From the sequence record NC_049850.1: 64,000 nucleotides of DNA. One strand, 5' to 3'. The notes under the pieces were generated by a model that saw nothing but the letters and a program-made list of their open reading frames with translations, was not told the DNA's origin and ran no database searches. A program made the position numbers and the translations under genes. Numbering within the stretch: the stretch's first letter is position 1; each line of letters opens with the position of its first letter. Below, piece after piece: positions 26,522 through 34,870 of the stretch.

Positions 26522-26741
26522 ACTCTGGGAAAATCCCTTGTTCTCGCTCGAAGAACGTCTGGAGATCGCGGCCGGTGCCGTGCAATTCCACAAGCGCATC
26601 ATTGCCCAGTTGCGTGCGAAGTGTGCGGAGGCCGCTGTGAAACTGGACGAGGTTTCGCGCAACGCCGACTCGTGGCACTGCGACTGCAACGCCATCGACG
26701 ACGTGGCTGACCGGCTGCGCGAACTGGGTGACGCACGATGA
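26514..26741 (+). CDS. hypothetical coiled-coil protein
   Basis: GGGAG SD. Confidence 0.7.
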   Translation: MSELWENPLFSLEERLEIAAGAVQFHKRIIAQLRAKCAEAAVKLDEVSRNADSWHCDCNAIDDVADRLRELGDAR

Positions 26742-26959
26742 CGTTGCCCGACTCGTTTTACAGGAAGCAGCACGACTCGATCCAGCGCTCGTTGGCCCGG
26801 CTATCCGAAAAGCTGAAGTTGTTGCGCGACGCGTGCCCGCACCTGAACGTGCAGAAGAAGGCGCGCTCGGACACCGGTAACTGGAGCCGTAGCGACGACC
26901 GCTACTGGTATGACTGCACGTGCCCCGCGTGTGGCAAGCACTGGACGGAGGACCAATGA
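26738..26959 (+). CDS. small protein with possible zinc ribbon
   Basis: CPH...CTCPACG; ATGA overlap. Confidence 0.7.
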   Translation: MTLPDSFYRKQHDSIQRSLARLSEKLKLLRDACPHLNVQKKARSDTGNWSRSDDRYWYDCTCPACGKHWTEDQ

Positions 26960-27360
26960 ACGTGAACGACGCGTTGAAAGAAGTGATGCACGAGATACAG
27001 CACATGCCGGTCGAAGAGTTGCGTGCTCTCCACGAAGCCTCCAAGAACGGCCCGTGGGCCGAGGTGTTCCGTGCACTCTATCGTGATGCTGTCGACATCG
27101 AAGCCCCGGAAGAAAGTGCGGTTCCGAGCATGGCGTGCGTTGGTCGCAAAATCAAGGGTGAAGTTGTTTGGTACACGCGACCGAAACGTGGCTACCTGTA
27201 TCAAGTGGCCGATCCGTGCTTCAAGATCGAGGGCCCGACGTTCGAGGACTGGGCACGTGATCATGGCTACGAACTCAGCACAGATGTTGAAGGTGACTAC
27301 GAAAGTCAGAGGACGCGCGCCGCATTCGAAGGTTGGAAAGCTGCTAAAGCTGGAGGCTAA
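26956..27360 (+). CDS. hypothetical protein with C-terminal FExW...A(F/W)xxW module
   Basis: GGAGG SD; FEDWARDHGY...RAAFEGWKAAK. Confidence 0.75.
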   Translation: MNVNDALKEVMHEIQHMPVEELRALHEASKNGPWAEVFRALYRDAVDIEAPEESAVPSMACVGRKIKGEVVWYTRPKRGYLYQVADPCFKIEGPTFEDWARDHGYELSTDVEGDYESQRTRAAFEGWKAAKAGG

Positions 27361-27588
27361 ATGACAAAAGATACGCTGAATATGCTCATCATGGACCTGC
27401 AAGAAGAAGGTTCGGAGTTGAGCGAACGCGCAGCCGTCTCCATCCACAAACTCCGACGCGATCTCGGGTTCGCGCGGGGCCGGTTGCGTGCGATCACTGC
27501 GCAGAACGAACGGCTGGAAGAAAGCGCAAGCCTGCACACGTGGCGAGAGTCCGAAGAACAGCGGGCACAACGTGGAGCAATGATGTGA
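27361..27588 (+). CDS. hypothetical coiled-coil protein
   Basis: GGAGG SD. Confidence 0.7.
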   Translation: MTKDTLNMLIMDLQEEGSELSERAAVSIHKLRRDLGFARGRLRAITAQNERLEESASLHTWRESEEQRAQRGAMM

Positions 27589-27956
27589 TGGATCGTGAAG
27601 AATTAAAGGTACTGGCGCTCGAAATGGGTGTCGGTGAAATGGTCACCCGCAAAAAGACTGGTAAGGACTGGTTCTTTGCCTCGGAAATGACGGGCAACGA
27701 ATTGCTGGCCTACGGTGAAGCCGTCCTAGCGCGGGCGGGTAAGCCTCCGCGCCTCGATCTGCATGCGTCGTTCGAGCAGTGGTGGACGCACGGCATGAAG
27801 GATGGAGAGGAACGTGCCGATGTAATGCGACAGATGCGTGTAACTTGGGACAAGTTTGGCACGTACGAACCGTATCGGAAAGACTGCCAAGATTCGTTCA
27901 CGTCGTTTGCGGCTTGCTACGCACTTATCTACACAGGAGAATTTGGTTATGCCTGA
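27588..27956 (+). CDS. hypothetical protein with FEQWW module
   Basis: TGATG overlap. Confidence 0.7.
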   Translation: MDREELKVLALEMGVGEMVTRKKTGKDWFFASEMTGNELLAYGEAVLARAGKPPRLDLHASFEQWWTHGMKDGEERADVMRQMRVTWDKFGTYEPYRKDCQDSFTSFAACYALIYTGEFGYA

Positions 27957-28173
27957 AATCATCAGCGCCGGTCAACTGCCGGGAAACAAACGCTACGAAG
28001 CCACGTGCTCGAACTGCCGTACGCGTTTCTCGTTCCTGCAAAAGGAAGCACAGCACGGCTACGACCGCAACGACAGCTACCTGTCGATTAGGTGCCCGCT
28101 CGCTGGGTGTGGACACATGGTGAACGTGTCGACCAGCACCAGCGCGGGTAGCTCTTGGTATGCGGATCGCTAA
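27949..28173 (+). CDS. small zinc-ribbon protein
   Basis: AGGAG SD; CSNC...CPLAGC. Confidence 0.75.
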   Translation: MPEIISAGQLPGNKRYEATCSNCRTRFSFLQKEAQHGYDRNDSYLSIRCPLAGCGHMVNVSTSTSAGSSWYADR

Positions 28174-28463
28174 TGGCCATCATCGACACGATGCCTGCGA
28201 CCCATCTGGAGTTCGCGAAGGACCCGAACGAGACGCGGCCCGAAGTCCTGTGGGCCGAGATCGAGCGTCTGCACGCTATGGCCTACCACTCGAACGGCAC
28301 CCTGTGGCAGGAACTCGCAATCGAGGAAAAGATGAAGCGCATCAAGATGGAGGCCGGTGTCATGGCCAACATCCGGGACTTGCTTTGTTCGGTGACCGGG
28401 GTTAAACTGGATACCCTTACGATTCAACGTATCCTCAAAACCGCACAGGGAGAGCAAGCATGA
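28173..28463 (+). CDS. hypothetical protein
   Basis: TAATG overlap. Confidence 0.7.
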   Translation: MAIIDTMPATHLEFAKDPNETRPEVLWAEIERLHAMAYHSNGTLWQELAIEEKMKRIKMEAGVMANIRDLLCSVTGVKLDTLTIQRILKTAQGEQA

Positions 28464-28864
28464 AGACGAAAGAGATTCTGAATCTACTGCTGGAGATCAA
28501 TCGGGCTGTGGCACGGGCCCCCGACAAACCTCTGGGCTTGGGCACCGTCGAAACTTTGGGTCGTGCCATCGAGGCGCTGAGCAAGAAGCAGAAGCGTAAG
28601 TTCGAGCGGCATGTCAACGACTGGTTCACGCGTGAGGTTGCCCGCATGTCGGCTACCAAAGCGCATCGCATCGACGGCTGGGAGACGCTGGAAGAGTACG
28701 GTTTCGAGGTGCATGGTGGGACGGACGATGCCCCCGTCAACGACTACCAAGAACTGCAACACGCAATCGAGCGTGAGACCGGCGTAAAGATTCCGCTGTT
28801 CGTGCTCTACCACACGACCATCGAGGGCATCATCCAGTACATCATTCACGGAGGCGCACAATGA
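28460..28864 (+). CDS. protein with C-terminal ACP-like domain (no Ser)
   Basis: ...ETLEEYGFE...DYQELQHAIERETGVKIPLFVLYHTTIEGIIQYII resembles AcpP helices II-IV. Confidence 0.55.
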   Translation: MKTKEILNLLLEINRAVARAPDKPLGLGTVETLGRAIEALSKKQKRKFERHVNDWFTREVARMSATKAHRIDGWETLEEYGFEVHGGTDDAPVNDYQELQHAIERETGVKIPLFVLYHTTIEGIIQYIIHGGAQ

Positions 28865-29064
28865 AGCGAGTTGCAATCGACTATCTGGTTCTGGGCGAGC
28901 ACGGGCAATCCTTGTCGGAGTTCGAACGCGTGGTGCTCAAGCACCTGCTGCGTGGCTACGAACTCGTCGGCGGCCCGTGGCACGATCCACAGCGCGGGTG
29001 CATGCGACAGGCCGTGGTGGAGTATCAGGACAGCGAACCCGCAACCCAACACGTACAGGACTGA
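28861..29064 (+). CDS. DUF1737-like small protein
   Basis: LLRGYELVGGP...MRQAVV pattern. Confidence 0.6.
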   Translation: MKRVAIDYLVLGEHGQSLSEFERVVLKHLLRGYELVGGPWHDPQRGCMRQAVVEYQDSEPATQHVQD

Positions 29065-29069
29065 CGAAC

Positions 29070-29303
29070 ATGGCAGAATTTTGCGATCTGTGTGCCGAAG
29101 ACATGGGATTCCCCCATTCGGATTTCGAGGGCATCGGTGAAGTGACCGACGCTGACGGTAGCCCGTGGTACTACACGGTGCTGTGTGAAGGCTGCGGCCC
29201 GATTCAGGTGACGGGCGACGGCCGCAACGTGAGCCGCGAGTTCGACCGTCAGGAGGCGCTGCGTAACAGCGCGGGAGCCGGTGATGCCCCGCAAGCACGA
29301 TAG
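29070..29303 (+). CDS. small zinc-binding protein
   Basis: FCDLC...LCEGCG. Confidence 0.7.
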   Translation: MAEFCDLCAEDMGFPHSDFEGIGEVTDADGSPWYYTVLCEGCGPIQVTGDGRNVSREFDRQEALRNSAGAGDAPQAR

Positions 29304-29562
29304 CGACTGGACTGCGATCTACTGGGGCTCGGACCCTGCGCGGCCGGGCCGTCTGTACCCGACAGTCAGAATCGTGCTCGGCTACTGCGATGGTGAAGAG
29401 TACGGATTCAGCCACGGGCTCCCCACCAACGTATTCTTCGACGACGAGGATGCGGCAATTCGGTGGGCACAGCGTGTGGACGCATACATCGAAGAGGCGA
29501 TGCGCGGCTTCATGGAAGAGGCTGCGGATCGTATGTTCAGGAAGGAGAAAGACAGTGATTGA
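29281..29562 (+). CDS. hypothetical protein
   Basis: GGGAG SD. Confidence 0.65.
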   Translation: MMPRKHDSDWTAIYWGSDPARPGRLYPTVRIVLGYCDGEEYGFSHGLPTNVFFDDEDAAIRWAQRVDAYIEEAMRGFMEEAADRMFRKEKDSD

Positions 29563-29842
29563 CCATATGGCAAACGCGTTCTTCGTGTACACGGCGCTCG
29601 CGTTCACGGGAATCGGGGCAGCGGTCGGGGTGCTGGCGCACGCCCACCATCGACGCAAGCGCGATCTCCGAACCACCTACGAGTTCAGCCAGTTCTGCGA
29701 GTGGGCGGCCAAGAGGGGCTACGATCTGACGCTCACCTCCCATGTGTGGGATGTGGATAGCGCCGGAGACTCGCGGTACGTGTTCCAGTCGTTCACGACG
29801 AAAGCAGCATGGGATGCGTGGCTCGGGAGCGTCTTTCGATGA
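29555..29842 (+). CDS. membrane-anchored protein with FCEW...AAWDAW module
   Basis: AAGGAG SD, GTG start; N-terminal TM segment. Confidence 0.7.
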   Translation: MIDHMANAFFVYTALAFTGIGAAVGVLAHAHHRRKRDLRTTYEFSQFCEWAAKRGYDLTLTSHVWDVDSAGDSRYVFQSFTTKAAWDAWLGSVFR

Positions 29843-30066
29843 AAGCCATCGATTATCTGAAAAGCCTGCACGAAGTGTGCGCTTTCCAATCCACGGAACG
29901 CCGTGGCACCGGCCCAGCCTCCAACTCGGAACTGGGCCGTTGGCTTAAAAGCGGTGCGCTCCACGTGAACGGAAAAGCCTACGGTCCCATGGACAAGATC
30001 GAATTCCCGATCACGTCAGTCGTCCTGTTCCCAAAATCGAAGCGCAGTCGTTCGACCCTGCTGTAG
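29839..30066 (+). CDS. S4-like RNA-binding domain protein
   Basis: SNSELGRWLKSGALHVNGK matches the S4 alpha-L motif (SRSxARxLIxxGxVxVNG). Confidence 0.65.
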   Translation: MKAIDYLKSLHEVCAFQSTERRGTGPASNSELGRWLKSGALHVNGKAYGPMDKIEFPITSVVLFPKSKRSRSTLL

Positions 30067-30074
30067 GAGATTCA

Positions 30075-30335
30075 ATGTTTGGCATTCTGAAGAAGATTTT
30101 CGGGGACCCCGAAGACCCGACCGTGTGCGCTATGGCCTACGCGCGTGGCCGAAGCTATGCACTAGGCGAGTTCCTTAAAGTGGACTACAACGATGATGCC
30201 GAGCTTGGTCCCGTGGTAGACCGCCTGCAAGCTGAGTGCTGTGGCAGTTTCAACACAACGGGCAAAGAGCACGCGTTCGACCGTGGCATTCAGGCTGTGC
30301 TCGACGAGTACTACACCGAGCAGGGTATGCCTTGA
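30075..30335 (+). CDS. hypothetical protein
   Basis: AGGAG SD. Confidence 0.75.
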   Translation: MFGILKKIFGDPEDPTVCAMAYARGRSYALGEFLKVDYNDDAELGPVVDRLQAECCGSFNTTGKEHAFDRGIQAVLDEYYTEQGMP

Positions 30336-30360
30336 CAGCGTAGGCAGAACTATTTAAACT
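30332..30360 (+). promoter_or_regulatory. sigma70-like promoter
   Basis: TTGACA-N17-TAAACT. Confidence 0.8.
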
Positions 30361-30386
30361 TGCGCCATTCCATTCAAGGAGAGCAA

Positions 30387-31538
30387 ATGTTTCCGACAAT
30401 CAAACATATCAACGATCTGCAACCGTTCGTTGAAGGCATCGAAGAGATCAAGTTCCTGAAGCAGCCGGGTCAACGCACGGTCGTCTGCTACACGTTCATG
30501 GACAGCCACACGTTCGACACGCCGAAGGCCCGTGAGTGCCGTGGTATCTCGTTCGACATCAACGGCAACGTCGAGAGCCGCCCGCTCCACAAGTTCTTCA
30601 ACATGGGCGAAAAGCCGTGGCTCATGGAGGACAACATCCGACGCGCGGGGCGCGCGGGTGCCATCGTCGGCATCTACAACAAGATCGACGGTTCGATGGT
30701 GAACACGTCGTACTCGATGGCCAGCGGCTTTGCCTACAAGTCGAAGAAGTCGTATTCGAGCGATACCGTCCTCATGTTCGAGAAGCATGTGCCGGTGCGC
30801 ATCGACGAGTTCTCGCGCCGTGTCGCGGGCATGGGCTACACCGCGACTTACGAGTTCACGCACCCGGAAGCCCAGATCGTGGTTCCGCACGCGGTGCCCG
30901 ACATCAAGCTCCTGCACATCCGGGACAACACGACGGGCGAATACGTGATGCTGAACAAACAGCACATGATCTGGGACCTGATCCACGCGCACGCGGTGCC
31001 GTATTCGGTGAATCTGCTGCCGGAACTCTCGGTCGACGCCGCTATCGACAGTCTCGAATCCATGATCGACAACGAGGGCTTCGTCTTCCAGTTCGCGGAC
31101 GGTGACATGGTGAAAGCCAAGTGCCCATGGTATTCGTCGAACCATCGTGCGGTCTCGTACATGCGCGAACGCGATATCGCGGTGCTCGTGCTGAACGAGC
31201 AACTGGACGATCTGAAGGGCACGCTCGTGAAGCTGGGTCACGATCTGGGCCCCGTCGAAGAGGTGGAGCACCGGGTCAAGGAGCGCATGCTCCAGATCGA
31301 CCGTGACATCGAATTTCTGGCGGACATCGGTCGCGTGCTCCGCGCCTCGAACCCGGCAGGCTGGAAAAAGGCGTTTGCGGCGTCCCACTCGAAGCTCGAA
31401 GTGTTCGGCCTCGCGGTCAAGCGACTGGAAGGCCGCGACGAGCAGATCGTGAAGTGGTATACGCGCTCGAAGCTGAAGGACGAATTCGGGCTACGCTCGC
31501 TCCTGAACGCAAGCCAGCAAGAGGCAATGGAGGGTTAA
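30387..31538 (+). CDS. rnlA: RNA ligase 1 (T4 RnlA-like)
   Basis: ARECRG, PLHKFFN, motif I KIDGS, YEFTHPEAQIVV, EGFV, VKAK. Confidence 0.9.
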   Translation: MFPTIKHINDLQPFVEGIEEIKFLKQPGQRTVVCYTFMDSHTFDTPKARECRGISFDINGNVESRPLHKFFNMGEKPWLMEDNIRRAGRAGAIVGIYNKIDGSMVNTSYSMASGFAYKSKKSYSSDTVLMFEKHVPVRIDEFSRRVAGMGYTATYEFTHPEAQIVVPHAVPDIKLLHIRDNTTGEYVMLNKQHMIWDLIHAHAVPYSVNLLPELSVDAAIDSLESMIDNEGFVFQFADGDMVKAKCPWYSSNHRAVSYMRERDIAVLVLNEQLDDLKGTLVKLGHDLGPVEEVEHRVKERMLQIDRDIEFLADIGRVLRASNPAGWKKAFAASHSKLEVFGLAVKRLEGRDEQIVKWYTRSKLKDEFGLRSLLNASQQEAMEG

Positions 31539-31901
31539 ATGATCAGCGCAACAGAACTTCGTGCGCTTTACTGTGATCCTGTGGCCGCTACACTGGGTCG
31601 CGTAGAACGAGCCCTAGTCCAAAACTTGGATAAGGCACTCGACCGCAACAAGGGCGCGACACCGCCGCGTACCAGCGTGTTCGTGGACGCATCGCTTTCC
31701 GATGACGAGCTAGAGCGCGTGCGCACCGTTATCGTCGCCAACGGCTTCGGGTTTGCAGTCGACCTCAGCTACGGTAACGCGCTGCTGCGAAGGATCATCG
31801 TCACGTGGCAAGCACGGGCCAGACGCCGGGTCCCGGACCAGCAAACCGTCACGATCTCGGAAACGATCGTGCACGACCGATCAGGAGCGCGCCAAGCATG
31901 A
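31539..31901 (+). CDS. hypothetical protein
   Basis: GGAGG SD. Confidence 0.7.
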   Translation: MISATELRALYCDPVAATLGRVERALVQNLDKALDRNKGATPPRTSVFVDASLSDDELERVRTVIVANGFGFAVDLSYGNALLRRIIVTWQARARRRVPDQQTVTISETIVHDRSGARQA

Positions 31902-31990
31902 AAGACAAAGACGTTGTGTTGTGGATTTGGGCCGTGGTAGCCGCAATCATCGTGTGCTCGGCTCTGGATCACTTAGGGGTCGCGTTGTGA
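31898..31990 (+). CDS. very small membrane peptide (30 aa)
   Basis: AGGAG SD; MKDKDVVLWIWAVVAAIIVCS... Confidence 0.55.
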   Translation: MKDKDVVLWIWAVVAAIIVCSALDHLGVAL

Positions 31991-32226
31991 AGTACTTGAT
32001 CTACGACTGGTGCATCGACATCGGTGTCTGGAACAAGCACGACGACATAAACCGTGTGATCGACGCGCTTGCGCAGCAGGGTTACGTGACGGACGATGTG
32101 GTGATCACCTCGATCTGGATCAGTCACTCGCGCAAAGCCGACAGCAACTGGTTGCCGATGGACAATCTGACCGACGAAGAGTTGGCGGCTGTCTTCATCG
32201 GCTACTGCGAACGACAGGAGTGTTGA
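31987..32226 (+). CDS. hypothetical protein
   Basis: GTGA overlap; MKYLIYDWC... Confidence 0.65.
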   Translation: MKYLIYDWCIDIGVWNKHDDINRVIDALAQQGYVTDDVVITSIWISHSRKADSNWLPMDNLTDEELAAVFIGYCERQEC

Positions 32227-32228
32227 AA

Positions 32229-33065
32229 ATGTACGAAACGATGGATGCCCGGATCAAGGACGCGCTGGATCACGTGGAACGCACGCAGGGCGTGAAAATC
32301 CTGATGGCTGTGGAATCGGGCTCGCGCGCATGGGGCTTCGAGAGCCCGGACTCGGATTACGACGTGCGGTTCATCTACGTGCGTGCGTTCAACGAGTACC
32401 TGACGGTGCGCGAGCGCCGTGACGTACTGGATTGCCACACGCAGGGCTTCAAGGACTGCCTGAAGGGCACGCCCATGGATCACCCGGACCTCGATCTCGT
32501 GGGCTGGGACGTGAAGAAGGTGCTGGCTTTGATGCAAAAGTCGAATCCGCAACTTCTGGAATGGATCAACTCGCCTGTCGTGTATCGCGGCAACCACGCG
32601 GCCGTGGATGACCTGTATGTTCTGGCCCACAAGATGCTGCGTGCGCGGCCCGTGATCCAGCACTACCTGCACATGGCCAAGGGCAACTATCGCGAGTATC
32701 TGAGGACGCCGATGGTGCGCTACAAGAAGTACCTGTACGTGATCCGTCCTCTGCTGGCCGCGCGCTGGATGCTGGAACGCCTCGATCCGCCGCCCGTGCG
32801 ATTCGATGTGCTGAACGCGGCGGTCGGAGACGAGGGCTTGGGGGAACCGCTGGCTCGTCTGCTGGAAGTCAAACGCCGTTCTGGTGAGGCTGAATTGCAT
32901 CCGGCCGACCCGGCACTGAACCTGTGGATCGAGGACGCGATTCGCGATATCGAAGACGCGCTGGCCTACGTTATGGAGGGTCCGGATCACGGGCTCGATC
33001 TGGACGCCGAATTCCGGGACCTGCTATACGCGTGGGCCCCGGGTGCCGTGGGGACCAGACAATGA
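32229..33065 (+). CDS. RlaP/YcgL-type DNA polymerase beta superfamily nucleotidyltransferase
   Basis: AVESGSRAWGFESPDSDYDVRFIY (GS...DxD), GWDVKK, SNPQLLEWINSP, KKYLYVIRPLLA. Confidence 0.9.
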   Translation: MYETMDARIKDALDHVERTQGVKILMAVESGSRAWGFESPDSDYDVRFIYVRAFNEYLTVRERRDVLDCHTQGFKDCLKGTPMDHPDLDLVGWDVKKVLALMQKSNPQLLEWINSPVVYRGNHAAVDDLYVLAHKMLRARPVIQHYLHMAKGNYREYLRTPMVRYKKYLYVIRPLLAARWMLERLDPPPVRFDVLNAAVGDEGLGEPLARLLEVKRRSGEAELHPADPALNLWIEDAIRDIEDALAYVMEGPDHGLDLDAEFRDLLYAWAPGAVGTRQ

Positions 33066-33262
33066 AGCTGCTGTCAACAGGGAAGTTGTATAACTCGTCG
33101 TACTCGGGCTGTGAGGGCTGGTCCTCGTGTCTGGTTGGCACGATTTCGCTTGTGGCCGACACGCAGCGGGAACTGGACGCGCTGAAGGTGATGCACGAGC
33201 AGGATCAGCGCCAATACTCCGACAAGTACACGCGTCGCGAGGTTGTGTGGGAGGACGCATGA
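33062..33262 (+). CDS. hypothetical protein
   Basis: ATGA overlap. Confidence 0.65.
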   Translation: MKLLSTGKLYNSSYSGCEGWSSCLVGTISLVADTQRELDALKVMHEQDQRQYSDKYTRREVVWEDA

Positions 33263-33540
33263 AGGTCAGAAAGATCGCGAAGCGCGCTCCCAAGTTCCTG
33301 ACGCGGCACTGGAACGAAGAGGTGGTGCGCATAGCGGATGCGCTGGAACGGGACGGAGAAGAGGCGTTGCGCGCCATTCAAGTGAGTCACGTGCGCTTAC
33401 CGGGCTACGAAGACGTGTATACGCAAGGCCCGTTCACCATCGAGTTCAAGCCGCAGCACCAGCCGAAGATCATCGAGTGGATCAACGTGAGCACGCTCGG
33501 TGAGCAGGTCCAAAAACGTGTCGTAGGAGGTGTCAAATGA
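33259..33540 (+). CDS. hypothetical protein beginning MKVRKIAKR
   Basis: GGGAGG SD; ATGA overlap. Confidence 0.75.
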   Translation: MKVRKIAKRAPKFLTRHWNEEVVRIADALERDGEEALRAIQVSHVRLPGYEDVYTQGPFTIEFKPQHQPKIIEWINVSTLGEQVQKRVVGGVK

Positions 33541-33896
33541 GTAACGCAGCAGTAGAAGCAATCAAGTTCGCGCTCGATCAAGGGCTAGACGGCCTGTCGT
33601 TCCTGAACGCGTGGCTGCACGGTGATTTCGATGTCCTGCGGCGCGAGTGGCCGGAGGCCCCGGAAGACGTGTACCCGGTGATCGGTGAAGTCCTCGATCA
33701 GAAAGTGCCGCTTCCGAACGGTGAGTACGTGCTGATGTACCCGACCTCGACTTCCGAGATCGAAGGAGATAGCAACGTGCAGGAGGTGACATTCAAGGTG
33801 ACGTTCGATCAGGACAACAAGGTGTCGCCGGAAACCCTGCTGGGCGGCGCGCAGTCGAGCCAGCTTGGGCACCGGTTCGGTGCACCTCAGTCGTAA
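33537..33896 (+). CDS. hypothetical protein
   Basis: AGGAGG SD; N-terminal FLNAWLHGDF...EWPEAP. Confidence 0.75.
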   Translation: MSNAAVEAIKFALDQGLDGLSFLNAWLHGDFDVLRREWPEAPEDVYPVIGEVLDQKVPLPNGEYVLMYPTSTSEIEGDSNVQEVTFKVTFDQDNKVSPETLLGGAQSSQLGHRFGAPQS

Positions 33897-33900
33897 ATGG

Positions 33901-33929
33901 TTGACGTGTGATGCAACTATCGGTATAAT
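33901..33929 (+). promoter_or_regulatory. near-consensus sigma70-like promoter
   Basis: TTGACG-N17-TATAAT. Confidence 0.88.
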
Positions 33930-33971
33930 TCGTTTCATCAGTTAGGCAATCGGCGTAGCGAAAGGAGGTTC

Positions 33972-34292
33972 ATGACGTACAATCAGTGGAAAGACAAGCT
34001 GTTCGAGATTTACCGTATGTATCGTGATACGGGGCGTGGTGCCGATGCACAACTGGCGATGGCCGCTGAATGCCATCGAGCCCTCCACTTGGAGAGCGTG
34101 ACTTACGAGTTAGTGGTGACTCCGCATGACATGACCAGCTTTACCATTGACATGTACATCAAGGACCCCGACGAGCCCGAGTTCTTGGTCCATGAGCAGT
34201 TCTCGGATACGACGATGGGCGAATGGGCGATGCTGAATTCTCTGATGACCGATTTCGATGTACAACACGAAGGAGCAATGTATGGCAACTAA
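33972..34292 (+). CDS. hypothetical protein
   Basis: AAGGAGG SD. Confidence 0.8.
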   Translation: MTYNQWKDKLFEIYRMYRDTGRGADAQLAMAAECHRALHLESVTYELVVTPHDMTSFTIDMYIKDPDEPEFLVHEQFSDTTMGEWAMLNSLMTDFDVQHEGAMYGN

Positions 34293-34596
34293 GAATCACG
34301 CACCCGAATTTCTCGTCACCGTCGACGCGCAGAGCAAGGCAACAGCCGTACTCGAAGTGCAGATCACGTCGAAGCTGGATCGTAGTCTGGTGAATCGTGC
34401 GGCTGGCCTGTATGGCTTCTTTCAGGTAAGCGGTGAAGAGGCCGCTGACATCGTATCGAGCGGCGTGGCGCTCACCAAGTTGCCGTCCGTCCTGTCGCTC
34501 GTGGGCTTCGGTGCCGCGAACCTGAAACCGAAGCGGCTGTTCCCGGACACTGGGGCGTTTCCGTTCGGCAAACCCGAGGGCGCGTATGTCGTCTGA
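34282..34596 (+). CDS. hypothetical protein
   Basis: AAGGAG SD; MATKNHAP... Confidence 0.75.
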   Translation: MATKNHAPEFLVTVDAQSKATAVLEVQITSKLDRSLVNRAAGLYGFFQVSGEEAADIVSSGVALTKLPSVLSLVGFGAANLKPKRLFPDTGAFPFGKPEGAYVV

Positions 34597-34750
34597 CTCA
34601 CGGATCAAGCTTCCGCGCGAACTGGAGGCCGCGATCCACAAGCGTCTGGTTCCGCTGTTGTACAAGCGCGATCAGGGCCGGGTGATGGGCGTGATCCGCG
34701 AAGAGTTCAGCCGGTATTTCGCGCAGCAACAGAAACCCACGCATCAATGA
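34586..34750 (+). CDS. small protein, possible ribbon-helix-helix (54 aa, not in ORF track)
   Basis: MSSDSRIKLPRELEAAIHKRLVPLLYKRDQGRVMGVIREEFSRYFAQQQKPTHQ. Confidence 0.6.
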   Translation: MSSDSRIKLPRELEAAIHKRLVPLLYKRDQGRVMGVIREEFSRYFAQQQKPTHQ

Positions 34751-34774
34751 AAAAGGGCCCAAATGGGCCCTTTT
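34751..34774. terminator. bidirectional terminator at the strand-convergence point
   Basis: AAAAGGGCCC-AAAT-GGGCCCTTTT. Confidence 0.9.
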
Positions 34775-34811
34775 CTGTATCTGATGTATGCTGAGTCACT
34801 TTGGCTCTTTT

Positions 34812-34862
34812 AGGCCCTGTACGGTGCGTTTTTAATGAAGAAAACAGCATCCTACAGGGCCT
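34812..34862. repeat. 10-bp perfect inverted repeat enclosing an AT-rich motif that recurs at 37297
   Basis: AGGCCCTGTA ... TACAGGGCCT around GTTTTTAATGAAGAAAAC. Confidence 0.75.
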
Positions 34863-34870
34863 TGTTACGT

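Noticed and set aside
32229-33065. MNT-HEPN toxin-antitoxin pair
   Set aside because: The sequence matches the longer RlaP/YcgL family and no adjacent RxxxxH HEPN gene is evident.
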